Notes under the pieces: model-generated | The model's database searches: none | What the model saw: the letters and a program-made list of their open reading frames with translations, nothing else | What the model was told of the DNA's origin: nothing | From: a virus | Taxonomy: Duplodnaviria > Caudoviricetes | Length of the DNA stretch: 24,284 nucleotides | IMG/VR virus record: IMGVR_UViG_3300012940_000103 | Location: 1-24,284 of that record | Direction: 5' to 3' (one strand) | In this document: positions 7,850 to 17,020 of the stretch, piece after piece | Numbering within the stretch: the first letter of the stretch is position 1 | Layout: each line of letters starts with the position of its first letter | Translations under genes and position numbers: made by a program

Positions 7850-8089
7850 ATGAAGCAAATCGACCTTGAGCCAAAGAACTACAGGATAGTGGGGATACGG
7901 CGCCCTAAGCGTCGGTTGCAGAATGGAGCGATGCTCTGGGTCGCCACTTTCTGTGGCATCTGGGCTGCGTCGGTGCTCTGGATATGCCGCTATTACATCC
8001 ATGGCGAGGATGCTTTTGTAGCTGCGGCCATCACCTTTGCCCCTGCTTTGGTTTTCATGCTGTACGCGGTCTTGACCGACCCGAGCTAG
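7850..8089 (+). CDS. Moron gene 3, two-TM membrane protein
   Basis: Basic N-terminus and two hydrophobic helices; stop overlaps the stop of the convergent ejection gene (CTAG). Confidence 0.7.
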   Translation: MKQIDLEPKNYRIVGIRRPKRRLQNGAMLWVATFCGIWAASVLWICRYYIHGEDAFVAAAITFAPALVFMLYAVLTDPS

Positions 8090-9753
8090 CGCCCGTCCGG
8101 TTGCGACACCATGAGCGCGCGCACGATCTCCTTGTAGGGGGACGGGGCGACCATTGCGCGCTGCCTCCCGGTGAGAGCCTGCAGCATGTCGGAATCGCCC
8201 GAGCGGGCTAATAGGGCGTCGGCGACAGCTGCGTTGGTTGCGGAGCGCCGAGCACTGAATGCTCCACCAAGAAGAGCATCACCTACGCCAGAGAGCGCAG
8301 ACCCAGGCTTGAAATCCAGCAAATTTCGCAGAACTCCTGGCTGAGACTGCTTACCTTGGATTTCGTCCTGCGCCGCCTTGAGAACTTGGGTTCGCGAACC
8401 GGAAAGCGCCTGGTTCGCCGTCTCCGCGTACTTTATTTCGCGATCGATGATAGCCAGGAGCCGATCGGCCTTTTCAGGTCCGAAAACAGCTACTAGTTTT
8501 TCCCTGTTCCAGTCGCCCTCGCCGCCAACCGCCCGCCTTAGGGCTTGGAGATCGTTGGCTTTAGTTCCAACCAGCCTGTCAATCTCCGCGCGGACGCCCT
8601 GACTTAGCCGAAATGGGACCGCCGAAGGACCGACCATATTTCTGGATGGCACCGCACCGCTAACCATCGACTCTACGACCTCCGATGGTCGCAGGGCATC
8701 CTTGTCAGTACCCAAGACCGCCGCGCCGCTATCTAGTGCTTCGTTCTGCCTGGCGAGCTCCGCATATCGTGCGTCCACATCCTTTAGGCCTGGGACAGCG
8801 CCGGCAAGTGCATCGTCAACTTGCTTGCGCACTAGAGACAATTGCCGCACAACTTTGGGGTTCGTCTCGCTTTTCATCAAGCCGTCTATGGCTTCACGCG
8901 TCGAAAACAGCGTCCTGGGATTGGGGTCGAGCACGTCCTCGCCAACCACGTTGAGCATACGCCGTACGTCAGCTACGGCCTTCTGCTGCGGGCCTCGAAG
9001 GTTAACGGCAAGCGCATCGAGATTGGCGGCAATGTCCGCTGTATCGACGGCCAAAGCGTCGTTGAAAGCGTCGTCGTAGTATGGGCCGAGGGCTGCCTTG
9101 TTTTCGCTTATCCCGGCAGCTACTCGCGATGGGATAGGGGCAGCCCCGAGAGCTTCATTAACGCCGGCCAAGATGCGCCCGTTAGCGCGTTGCTGGCGTC
9201 CAGCGAGGGCGTCCACGACGGCCTTCTGCCCTGCTCCTGGCATTGTCGCCACTGCTGCCGTCTGCTTCTGGAGGCGCGGGCCGAGATCGCCGACCATCGC
9301 GTCCGGTCCGAGCTGGGCCAGCCTGGACGGCAGTTCCCCGACCGGGATCTGGTCTTGCGCCAGCCCGCGCAAGACGATCCGTCGCGCCGCTCCCGGCAGC
9401 ACTTCGCGCCCAGCCGCTGTTATAGGCTTTGACAGTAGCGGCGCCCCTGGCAGAGCAACCCCAGAAACGCCAAGAGCATCGCCGATCAGATCGTTGGTAA
9501 TCGTTGTTGGCCGCCCTGTTTCAGGGTCGATCTCCATGCCATAGCCACCGGTACGCGCTTTCTCGGGGGCCTGGAACGCATTCCCAAGGTCGATAGCGAC
9601 TTGAGGTACAGCCAGCCGTCTTTCTCCAGTAAGCTTGTTGACCTCGACAGGGAGCAAGGTTCCTCGCTCCCATGCATTCCCCTCGGCGGCGGCGCGATAT
9701 TTTTCCCACGGCTGGGCAACCTGACGCTGGTACTTTTCCCAAGGGCCGGCCAT
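8086..9753 (-). CDS. DNA ejection (internal virion) protein, P22 gp16-like position
   Basis: ATG 9753 (TAATG overlap); N-terminal PWEKY repeats; helical Ala-rich 555 aa; third gene of the ejection cluster. Confidence 0.75.
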   Translation of the reverse strand: MAGPWEKYQRQVAQPWEKYRAAAEGNAWERGTLLPVEVNKLTGERRLAVPQVAIDLGNAFQAPEKARTGGYGMEIDPETGRPTTITNDLIGDALGVSGVALPGAPLLSKPITAAGREVLPGAARRIVLRGLAQDQIPVGELPSRLAQLGPDAMVGDLGPRLQKQTAAVATMPGAGQKAVVDALAGRQQRANGRILAGVNEALGAAPIPSRVAAGISENKAALGPYYDDAFNDALAVDTADIAANLDALAVNLRGPQQKAVADVRRMLNVVGEDVLDPNPRTLFSTREAIDGLMKSETNPKVVRQLSLVRKQVDDALAGAVPGLKDVDARYAELARQNEALDSGAAVLGTDKDALRPSEVVESMVSGAVPSRNMVGPSAVPFRLSQGVRAEIDRLVGTKANDLQALRRAVGGEGDWNREKLVAVFGPEKADRLLAIIDREIKYAETANQALSGSRTQVLKAAQDEIQGKQSQPGVLRNLLDFKPGSALSGVGDALLGGAFSARRSATNAAVADALLARSGDSDMLQALTGRQRAMVAPSPYKEIVRALMVSQPDGR

Positions 9754-11000
9754 TACTGCACGCGCTCCCAATTTTTCTCATCAGACGGGTCGCCACCCTT
9801 GAACCGATACCCCCCCTCAATGGTCCCAGGCGCTGGAGCGGCCGTATCAAAGATGTCGGGGTTGGCGGCACTTTGCCCGGCACTTGCGGGCGACGGGGCG
9901 GCAGCAGGCGCTACGCCGGCCGCGTCTCCGGCAGGCGCAGTAGCAGGCGACCATTGGTCATATGCGCCGAAGTCCGGGATGATGTCCGCAGGGTTGATTT
10001 TATAGCGGTCGGCGATCCCCTTATACATCTGGGTGTCTTGATTGTAGGCCTGCTCATAGCCCTGGGTCCGGCCAAAGGCCTCAGTTAGGATGGCATGCCT
10101 AGTTTCCGGAGACAGTTTCGCCCCGCCGTTCAACGAGTTGATGGCACCGAGAAGCCAATCAGGCAGCGAAGCCGTATTGTTCACCATGACCATTTCGCCC
10201 TCTCGGACTACTGAACCGGGGTCCATGATCTTGCCGAGACCGTACACAAGGTTCAGATCGGACGCCTTGGAGTCTCGCCCCGCCGTCTCAACCATCGACC
10301 GGTAGATTGGAAGTGCCTGGGCAAAGTTCTTGTAGGAAGGGAGCCCCTGGATTTCCTTGCGGACGGAGGATGTATCGCCGAAGTCCACTGCCGGCTGCGC
10401 CCCATTCTGTGGAGCGGATATCCATTCGCCCGTACTCGGGTCATACAACTGGCCACCACCAGCATTGATGATGTTTTGCCCCTTGCTGCCCTGCCGGCTA
10501 TCAAACAGGGGCTGATAGGTATCGGGATCGAGCAGCACTCCGCCGACCTCGATTGGCTTCTTTGCAGCGTCGGGGGCGTCGAAGAAGAGGCTGGGAGCCG
10601 AGTTCGGGTCGTTCTGGTTATAGCGGTAGATGTCGCCGTTGCTCTCGAAGGTCTGATAGTCAGGCTGCGACTTCGCGTAGAGCGCCTGGGCGACAGCCTG
10701 CTGCTGCGGGCTGGCCCATTCGTTCCCAAGCACGTTGAGGTAGGCATCGCCGTTGCCGCTGGCCTGGGCCTCGGCAAGCGCCTGCGCCACAGCCTCGCGC
10801 CCGGCGGTTTCCGCTTCGTTTGCCCTATCCATCTGAGAGCGATAGAGGAGAGCCTCCCCGATACGGTTCAGGCCCTCGCCAACATCTTTCGGGGCTGCGT
10901 TGCGAGCGGCAAGCGCCGCCGAGACCTGGCGAAGTTGCGCGACCTGCTGAGGCGAGAGCTTTTCGCCGCCCTGCCCCCAGACGAATGGAGAAAGTGCCAT
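9753..11000 (-). CDS. DNA ejection protein, P22 gp20-like position
   Basis: Ala/Gln-rich; KIMDPGSVVREGE motif; C-terminal GGYRFKGGDP...NW module. Confidence 0.75.
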   Translation of the reverse strand: MALSPFVWGQGGEKLSPQQVAQLRQVSAALAARNAAPKDVGEGLNRIGEALLYRSQMDRANEAETAGREAVAQALAEAQASGNGDAYLNVLGNEWASPQQQAVAQALYAKSQPDYQTFESNGDIYRYNQNDPNSAPSLFFDAPDAAKKPIEVGGVLLDPDTYQPLFDSRQGSKGQNIINAGGGQLYDPSTGEWISAPQNGAQPAVDFGDTSSVRKEIQGLPSYKNFAQALPIYRSMVETAGRDSKASDLNLVYGLGKIMDPGSVVREGEMVMVNNTASLPDWLLGAINSLNGGAKLSPETRHAILTEAFGRTQGYEQAYNQDTQMYKGIADRYKINPADIIPDFGAYDQWSPATAPAGDAAGVAPAAAPSPASAGQSAANPDIFDTAAPAPGTIEGGYRFKGGDPSDEKNWERVQ

Positions 11001-12023
11001 TTACGCCGCCTTTCGCTGGCCGAGTTGCAGCAGGCCACCATAATTGACCATGCGCTTGCCGCTCGGGTGCCTCGCCACCAATTCGGGGTGCTTCTTCTCG
11101 ACATCCTGGGCAATGACCCCGACATCTGGGCGCCCGCTTCCCTTCCACCGGAAGGTCTTTACCGGGACCCCGGCTACCCGCTCGCCGGTGTCTTCGATGT
11201 CGGTTTTGAGCGTCTTGTCCGAGAAGGCCATGAGCGCAGACGAGCCCAGCCCAAACAGCCCGCCGAGCAAGCTATTATTGCTCTGCTGCTGCTGATTGTA
11301 GGCGTTCATCTGGTTGGCATAGGCATTCTGCGTGATGCCGGCGACATCCGTCCCCGCCAGCCCCGTCTGCGGCGTTGCCGCATAGGAAGGCGTCTGCACC
11401 TGCGTGCCGCTGGCAAGGCCGATGATCTCGTTAAGCGGCTGATTTCGTTCGAGCAGGGCTTCTTGCACAGCCTGGTTGCGTCCATTCAGCAGGAGCTGGT
11501 TGCGCGCGTCGTTCTCAGACTGGTTCACGAGCTCCATGGCCCGATCATAGGCGGTCGAGCCGATCTTGATGCCCTGGTTGCTCAGCCGCGCAATCTCGGC
11601 CTCGCGTGTCCGCTGCAACTGCGGGTCGAGCCGCTTGCTCCCCAGTTCCATGAGGCGCGCTTCGGTCGCGTCATTGTTGAGGCTGAATGGGGTCGAGAGC
11701 AGGCTATCAAGCCGCTGCGACTGGTTTTGGGCCGTGTTGGCAAGGTTCTGCTGGGTTTTGACGCCCGTGCTGTAGAGCGCCTGTTGTTCCGGGCTCAGCG
11801 TGGTGGTTTGCGTCATCTTGGGCAGAGTATAGGTCTGCCCGGTCGAGGGGTCCGTGAACTGATAGGTGCCGTTCTGCGAATACGTGACGCTTCCCTGCGG
11901 CCCGTACTGGTTGACTGCATTGAGCTGCTGTTGCGCGACTGCGGTGGAAACGTTCGATCCGGTCTGCGCCGCTGCCGTGGCAGTGGGGGATGGCGCCTGA
12001 GGCGCGCTGCCGCCTTTGTTCAT
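11001..12023 (-). CDS. Ejection/pilot protein (gp7-like) with C-terminal peptidase S74 autocleaving chaperone domain
   Basis: MNKGGSAPQAP N-terminus; Q/N/T-rich body; F-SDKTLKTDI...GVIAQDV...P..V...VNY S74 signature. Confidence 0.8.
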   Translation of the reverse strand: MNKGGSAPQAPSPTATAAAQTGSNVSTAVAQQQLNAVNQYGPQGSVTYSQNGTYQFTDPSTGQTYTLPKMTQTTTLSPEQQALYSTGVKTQQNLANTAQNQSQRLDSLLSTPFSLNNDATEARLMELGSKRLDPQLQRTREAEIARLSNQGIKIGSTAYDRAMELVNQSENDARNQLLLNGRNQAVQEALLERNQPLNEIIGLASGTQVQTPSYAATPQTGLAGTDVAGITQNAYANQMNAYNQQQQSNNSLLGGLFGLGSSALMAFSDKTLKTDIEDTGERVAGVPVKTFRWKGSGRPDVGVIAQDVEKKHPELVARHPSGKRMVNYGGLLQLGQRKAA

Positions 12024-12454
12024 TTCCGGTGCCTCTCAAAGGAAGTTTCGCGCCATTGGTCGTCGGTCAGAGTGAAGATGAAGCCATCCTCATCCCGCCC
12101 CCACATCCTGGGGATTCGGTGCTCGTTGAAGCCGTAGCGCCGGGCAATCCTCACCATGCGCTCATTGCCCGCTTTCACGCGCAGGTAGAGCATCTGGCAG
12201 CCGCAACGCTCGAATGGATAAGCAAAGATGGCGTGCAGCGTGGTACGCGTGAGCCAGCGGGGCGATGTCGCCGCCGTGGTCAATTCGATCACCCCTGCCT
12301 CTGGGTTGTAGTTGTGGAAGACCGTGCCGCCGATCAACACGCCATCGTTGACAAACCCAATGGCCCGCACGTTCCCAAAGGGCTGACAGCCCTCGATGTG
12401 CCGCTGCACGAAGTCCGCAACGGCATCATCGAACCCAAACGCCATTTCGATCAC
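12020..12454 (-). CDS. GNAT-fold acetyltransferase-like virion-cluster protein
   Basis: AIFAYPFERCGCQ...NERMVRIARRYGFNEHRIPR pattern; coupled to both neighbours. Confidence 0.8.
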   Translation of the reverse strand: MIEMAFGFDDAVADFVQRHIEGCQPFGNVRAIGFVNDGVLIGGTVFHNYNPEAGVIELTTAATSPRWLTRTTLHAIFAYPFERCGCQMLYLRVKAGNERMVRIARRYGFNEHRIPRMWGRDEDGFIFTLTDDQWRETSFERHRK

Positions 12455-14064
12455 ACCACTAGACCTCCCGGCCGATGGGTCACCTCGAACATGACCAATT
12501 CAGCAGAAGGGGCGGCCTCCGAACCTGATACAATCTGGAGCACGGGCGCATGAGCGAACCCGCTCTTGCCGACAGAAACCCAGTAGGTTTGCACCGTATA
12601 GGCGATGAGCCCTGTATCCCACTTCGCCACGTCCCATAGGCCGGCGTCCCATTCGCCCGGGCTGCCGGAGACAACCGCCGCACTTGGATAGGGTGGTAGG
12701 TCGATTTCGTAGTTGGTCGTAACCGTGATCTGCGGGTTAAATTCGGCCGTGGTGCGAAAGATCGCTCGCGCCTGCAAGACCGTTGTGTACTGCCCAACCC
12801 CGGCGAGGTGTTCATTCTGCCCGACATAGAGGTAATAGATCAGGGCGCCGTCGTCGGTACCCGTGATCTCCATTTCGACCAGGCGGCCGTCGTTGGTGCC
12901 GAAATAACCTCGGTCATCATGGAGAACCAGGCAGCGGGTGTTCCACCCCTTGATCTTCGACCACGCCCCAGTTTCGAGGTTCACCGCAAAGCAGATTGGC
13001 GGGGTCACCGTCTCTTCCGCCGTCACCGGGCACGACACTATCGCAATGTTCTGGCTCGGCCACTTGATCATTTCCCAAGGGAGGTTGCGGCGCTCCCGCG
13101 CCTCCTTCACCCAATCGGGCTGTATGTTCCGAGATACGGCCGCCAGCGCCAGCGCGCCGGGGTCTTTGCTGATAATGGCCGAAAGCGGAATAATGCCGAT
13201 CTGCGTCAGGATGAGCAGGTCGCCGCCGACCTTGATGGACGCATTCTTGCCCATCGGGGGCGCCGCGAAGTAGAGCCCCACGATCCCCCAGCCTGACGTA
13301 TCGCTTGGGTCGCCCTGATAGATCGCGACTTCACCCTCCGTCGAAACGAAGGCAATCTTGTCGTCCAGGCCGGCGCCGGTATCGAGCGACCACGTAGCGG
13401 TGAATAGCAGGGAGCCGCCCCGCTGGAACACGCCGGACAAGGAAACCTGGGAGGCCGTTCCGGCAATGCTGTCGGTCGGCAGATACCATGCGTTCATGGT
13501 GCCGCCCTCGGTCAGCCAAAGGCGGTTCCGGTAAACGTTGAGATGCGAAATGCTGTCGCTGGCAACCCCATTGAGTTGGCCCGGCGAAGACCCGGAGACC
13601 AAAGCTGACCATGAACTGGCGACGTAGAGCTGAATCTCATCGGTGCCATTGGCGCAGGGCATGAAATAGCCGCCCGGCGTGGCGAAGTTCACATAGCTGT
13701 AGTAGCTCGTCGCCTGCCCGGTCACGTCGGGCGGCGGCGGGGTGCTGTGGCTGCCTGGGGTGGTCAACTCCACGATATTGCCGTCGGCGCCGGCAAACAC
13801 CTTGCGGGTGATGCCGCCCACATAGGCCATGGCGCTTTCCAGCGGCAAGTCCGTTGCCGCAGTGCCATGCGTCTTGCTGCCACGCCGCATGCGCAGCCCG
13901 GTGGAAGTCGGCAGGAAGTTCTCGCACACTTGCGCCGATCCAGCCGGTGCCGCCGCCAGGTTGGCTGCGCTAATCCAGCCTTTGGTCGGCGCCACGAACG
14001 GCTTCTGCTGCGGTCTCTGCCCCTGCATGCGCTGGGGCGCGCGCCGTGCTCCCGGGCGCAGCAT
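12451..14064 (-). CDS. Tail hub/nozzle protein (P22 gp10 / tail tubular B-like)
   Basis: ATG 14064 (TGATG overlap); beta-rich; C-terminal WDAGLWDVAKW motif; synteny after the adaptor. Confidence 0.8.
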   Translation of the reverse strand: MLRPGARRAPQRMQGQRPQQKPFVAPTKGWISAANLAAAPAGSAQVCENFLPTSTGLRMRRGSKTHGTAATDLPLESAMAYVGGITRKVFAGADGNIVELTTPGSHSTPPPPDVTGQATSYYSYVNFATPGGYFMPCANGTDEIQLYVASSWSALVSGSSPGQLNGVASDSISHLNVYRNRLWLTEGGTMNAWYLPTDSIAGTASQVSLSGVFQRGGSLLFTATWSLDTGAGLDDKIAFVSTEGEVAIYQGDPSDTSGWGIVGLYFAAPPMGKNASIKVGGDLLILTQIGIIPLSAIISKDPGALALAAVSRNIQPDWVKEARERRNLPWEMIKWPSQNIAIVSCPVTAEETVTPPICFAVNLETGAWSKIKGWNTRCLVLHDDRGYFGTNDGRLVEMEITGTDDGALIYYLYVGQNEHLAGVGQYTTVLQARAIFRTTAEFNPQITVTTNYEIDLPPYPSAAVVSGSPGEWDAGLWDVAKWDTGLIAYTVQTYWVSVGKSGFAHAPVLQIVSGSEAAPSAELVMFEVTHRPGGLVV

Positions 14065-14771
14065 CAGGGGATAGCCCCCGAGATGGTACCGGGCCATGCC
14101 ACATTGGGCTGCCGCCATGTCACCGGCGGGCGCCCGCTCAGTGTTGGCTTGCTCCCTCCATCCTTATCCATGAGACCGGCCAGCTCGATGTTATAGAGGG
14201 CGAGGTCCTCATCATAGGGCTGAGACTTTTGCGCCTTCCACTTCACGACGGTGCCGAGAGCGAGGAGTTTTTCGGAAAGCCGGAAGCTGTCGTCGTCGGC
14301 CGAGAAGGCATCCTTGTTGCTGCCGCCAGACGAGGACACGATCAAGTTGGAGAGATAGAAGAACTTGGCCGTGTCCCCATTTGCCATCGTGTCGAGGATG
14401 TGGAATTGGCCGCCGTAAATCGTCCAGGAACCGGTGATCTGGGTGTAGGGCAGCGTCAGGAGCTCCAGCCAGCGGTTGGTGTCCACGACATGGGCCATTT
14501 CCCATAGATACCGACTGGACCATACGCTTGCGGTGGTCAGCATTCGATCGTAGTCGCTCGGCAGCGTAAAACCCGTCGCGGCGCCGTCGCCTGTGATCGT
14601 ATGCAGGGTCTTGAGCAGCTGCCAGTCGAAGACGGTCGCGATGTCGTCGGCCGTCTCCTTGATGAACAGCCGCAGTTCGACCATTTCCCGCGACGTGGCC
14701 GCAAAGAGTTGCGACGGGACGGTGATCCCGATTTTCGGCGCCACATCCTTGGCCACGTCGAGGACCGTCAT
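14064..14771 (-). CDS. Head-tail adaptor (P22 gp4 / tail tubular A-like)
   Basis: MTVLDV...DWQLL...FTLPSDYDR adaptor pattern; synteny. Confidence 0.8.
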   Translation of the reverse strand: MTVLDVAKDVAPKIGITVPSQLFAATSREMVELRLFIKETADDIATVFDWQLLKTLHTITGDGAATGFTLPSDYDRMLTTASVWSSRYLWEMAHVVDTNRWLELLTLPYTQITGSWTIYGGQFHILDTMANGDTAKFFYLSNLIVSSSGGSNKDAFSADDDSFRLSEKLLALGTVVKWKAQKSQPYDEDLALYNIELAGLMDKDGGSKPTLSGRPPVTWRQPNVAWPGTISGAIP

Positions 14772-14772
14772 T

Positions 14773-15468
14773 TTAGGCGGCTTCCTGGTTCAGCAGCTCG
14801 CGCAGCTTCGAAGCGCCGGCGCGGTGATGGTAGGGGATACCCCTCGCGTCTAGCTCGGCGCGCAGTTGCGCGACTTCCTCGCCGTCTTCCGCTGCGACCG
14901 GAGCCGACATGCCGGAACGGAGCATTTCCTCCATGGCTGCCATCCTCTCCTGCATTTCCGCGATAAGCTTGTCCTTGGCAGCCTCGCGTTCGGCTGCGGC
15001 AGTGGCGCCGGAGTTTTCGAGGTAGATCTTGGCCAGGTCCTGGAGTTCGCGAACGTTGGGGAGCCGAACCCTCCCGCGCACGCCATCGGACATATCGCGG
15101 ACTTGTTCGACCGTGCGTACACCCGCCAGGCGGAAGATTTCGGCCTGCTCGTTGGTGATGCCGGGCCAGGCGGCAAGTGGCGTTCCGTTAAGCGGCAGTT
15201 CCCGGCCTTCTTTCCATGCGGCGTAGGCCGGCTCGATCTCCGACCAGATGGCTGACATATGCTGCGCTTTCATGCCGGCGAGTTCGCTGTCGTCCTGCCC
15301 CTCGACATGCTTGATGTTCGCGGGGTTGAGGCGGTCAACCCGCTCGGTATTCCCCATGGACTGGGGGGCATGCAGCGGGACCCAGGAAACCCAGTCGACG
15401 GGCACAAGCTCGCCATCGGGTCCCTTGCTGTACTTCTCGACAAAACCTGTGATCAGAATGGAAGGCAT
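14773..15468 (-). CDS. Conserved phage head-region hypothetical protein
   Basis: GGAGAAG RBS before ATG 15468; GTPLAAWPG...GVRTVEQ motif; C-terminal GIPYHHRAG..KLRE HeH/LEM-like helix pair. Confidence 0.8.
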   Translation of the reverse strand: MPSILITGFVEKYSKGPDGELVPVDWVSWVPLHAPQSMGNTERVDRLNPANIKHVEGQDDSELAGMKAQHMSAIWSEIEPAYAAWKEGRELPLNGTPLAAWPGITNEQAEIFRLAGVRTVEQVRDMSDGVRGRVRLPNVRELQDLAKIYLENSGATAAAEREAAKDKLIAEMQERMAAMEEMLRSGMSAPVAAEDGEEVAQLRAELDARGIPYHHRAGASKLRELLNQEAA

Positions 15469-15493
15469 CGACGCTTCTCCGTTTGGAAGGTGG

Positions 15494-15527
15494 GAAAAGA
15501 AAAGGCCCCGCACTTAGTGCGGGGCCT
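15494..15527 (-). terminator. Rho-independent terminator after the capsid and decoration genes
   Basis: Minus strand AGGCCCCGCAC-TAA-GTGCGGGGCCT followed by TTTCTTTT. Confidence 0.85.
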
Positions 15528-15550
15528 CGGGGTTGCTATGGGCGTCCGCG

Positions 15551-16039
15551 TTACGGGCAGGTGATGAAAACGATCTTGGCCGACGCATCCACGGCGATAG
15601 CCGCAATGTGATCGGTGACAAGGGCGGAGACATCGAGCGTGCCGTCCGTAGAGCCCACAGGGGTGAGCGCGTTGCCGTCAGCACCAGCCGTCAGCGAGGT
15701 GTTGAGGGTGGCTTCGCCACGGGTCTGAATCCAGCAATACTCGCCAGACGCCGGAGCGGCCAGGAGCATGCCGGCACCGACCCCGGCGCTGTCGGAAAGG
15801 TCAGAGGTCACCTCTGTGGTGGCCCCTGCCGACGTGCCGGACGGCGCGTAGTAGTAAGTGAAGTTGTTGGCAACGGCGGCCACGGAACCCGCGCCGCCGT
15901 TGTACTTCACGAACCGGTATTCCTTGCCGGAGTTGTCGACGTAGCGGTCGCCAATCCCGGGCACCTTGCCCGAGTTGGCGCCGGTCAGGTCGGCGGCGGT
16001 ATAGGTCTGCGTGAGGCTTGCGCCGATAAAAGCGGTCAT
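15551..16039 (-). CDS. Capsid decoration/cement protein
   Basis: AAGGAGA RBS; directly after the major capsid; GKEYRFVK...YCWIQTRG pattern; strong GC3 bias. Confidence 0.7.
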   Translation of the reverse strand: MTAFIGASLTQTYTAADLTGANSGKVPGIGDRYVDNSGKEYRFVKYNGGAGSVAAVANNFTYYYAPSGTSAGATTEVTSDLSDSAGVGAGMLLAAPASGEYCWIQTRGEATLNTSLTAGADGNALTPVGSTDGTLDVSALVTDHIAAIAVDASAKIVFITCP

Positions 16040-16051
16040 TTCGGTTTCTCC

Positions 16052-17017
16052 TTACGCCGCGTCGATCAGGACGCCCTGGAGGGACCGGTTGGTGACGGCG
16101 AAATAGCCCATCCAGTACATCGGCACGACCACCGCGTCCTGGTTGATGGGCTTCTTCTCGTCGTCGGGGGTCCACTGGGCTTCGCTGTGCTGGACCAGGT
16201 AGAGATAGTCCGTGTTCAGGAAGTAGGCCTTCTCGGCCGTGGTGGTGAAGTTGGTGTTGTCATCGAAGATGACTTCGGCGCCCTTGTACATCAGGCCGCC
16301 GAAACCGACTTCGCCTTCCTTGGCGCTCGTGTAACGCATGTTCTGCTGCAGCGAGCCTTCGAACACCGTGTAGATGTCGTGGGACGACACGATGAGGTCG
16401 GGCTTGTCGGCGCCGCGAACGAGCGGGAGCCACATGGCGTTGAACTCGCCCTGGATGGTCGTGGTCGAGTACGCGTTGGTTCCGGCCATTTCGCGGAACT
16501 TGTTCCGCCAGAAGGTCCAGGTGCCCGAGTTGATGCCGCCGACAGTGCCCTGCCCGTTCGTCTGAATGACGTTGGCCAGGCCGCCGATCTGGTTGGACAG
16601 CGAGCCGTCCGAATAGAGATCGATGGAGAAGTTGTTGGCGGCGGTCTTGAGGGCGTTCGCCTTGCGGGTCTTGACCAGGTTGATCATCCGCTCCTTGCCG
16701 TTGTTCTGGCGAAGTTCGCGGCCCGAGGCGGTGACGTGAATGGCCACCTGCGCCCAGTCGTACTTGGCGGAGGTGATCACGTCCGACGCGTTGGTGTTCA
16801 GCGTGTCGTAGCCGGCATAGCGGGTGTAGGTGGAGTTTTCCGCGTATTCCAGCGGCTCCTGGGCTTCGTAACCGCCGGAGACGGTCTTGATCTTGCCCTT
16901 CTGCTTGAGCTTGCGCAGAAGCGCGTTGTGCTTGGAAACGTTGTCGGTGACTTCCGTGGCCGAGTGGCGCAGGGTCGTGGACACCATTTCCGTAAAGACG
17001 GAAGATGGAGTGGGCAT
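16052..17017 (-). CDS. Major capsid protein
   Basis: 321 aa after the scaffold; TTLRH...DNV..HNALL...TVGGIN..TWTFWRN...YFLNTDY motifs; strongest codon bias in the window. Confidence 0.9.
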   Translation of the reverse strand: MPTPSSVFTEMVSTTLRHSATEVTDNVSKHNALLRKLKQKGKIKTVSGGYEAQEPLEYAENSTYTRYAGYDTLNTNASDVITSAKYDWAQVAIHVTASGRELRQNNGKERMINLVKTRKANALKTAANNFSIDLYSDGSLSNQIGGLANVIQTNGQGTVGGINSGTWTFWRNKFREMAGTNAYSTTTIQGEFNAMWLPLVRGADKPDLIVSSHDIYTVFEGSLQQNMRYTSAKEGEVGFGGLMYKGAEVIFDDNTNFTTTAEKAYFLNTDYLYLVQHSEAQWTPDDEKKPINQDAVVVPMYWMGYFAVTNRSLQGVLIDAA

Positions 17018-17020
17018 AGT

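Noticed and set aside
10476-12137. 553-aa + strand ORF
   Set aside because: Antisense shadow of the ejection genes; high-GC codon bias removes stops on the opposite strand, and no motifs are recognisable.
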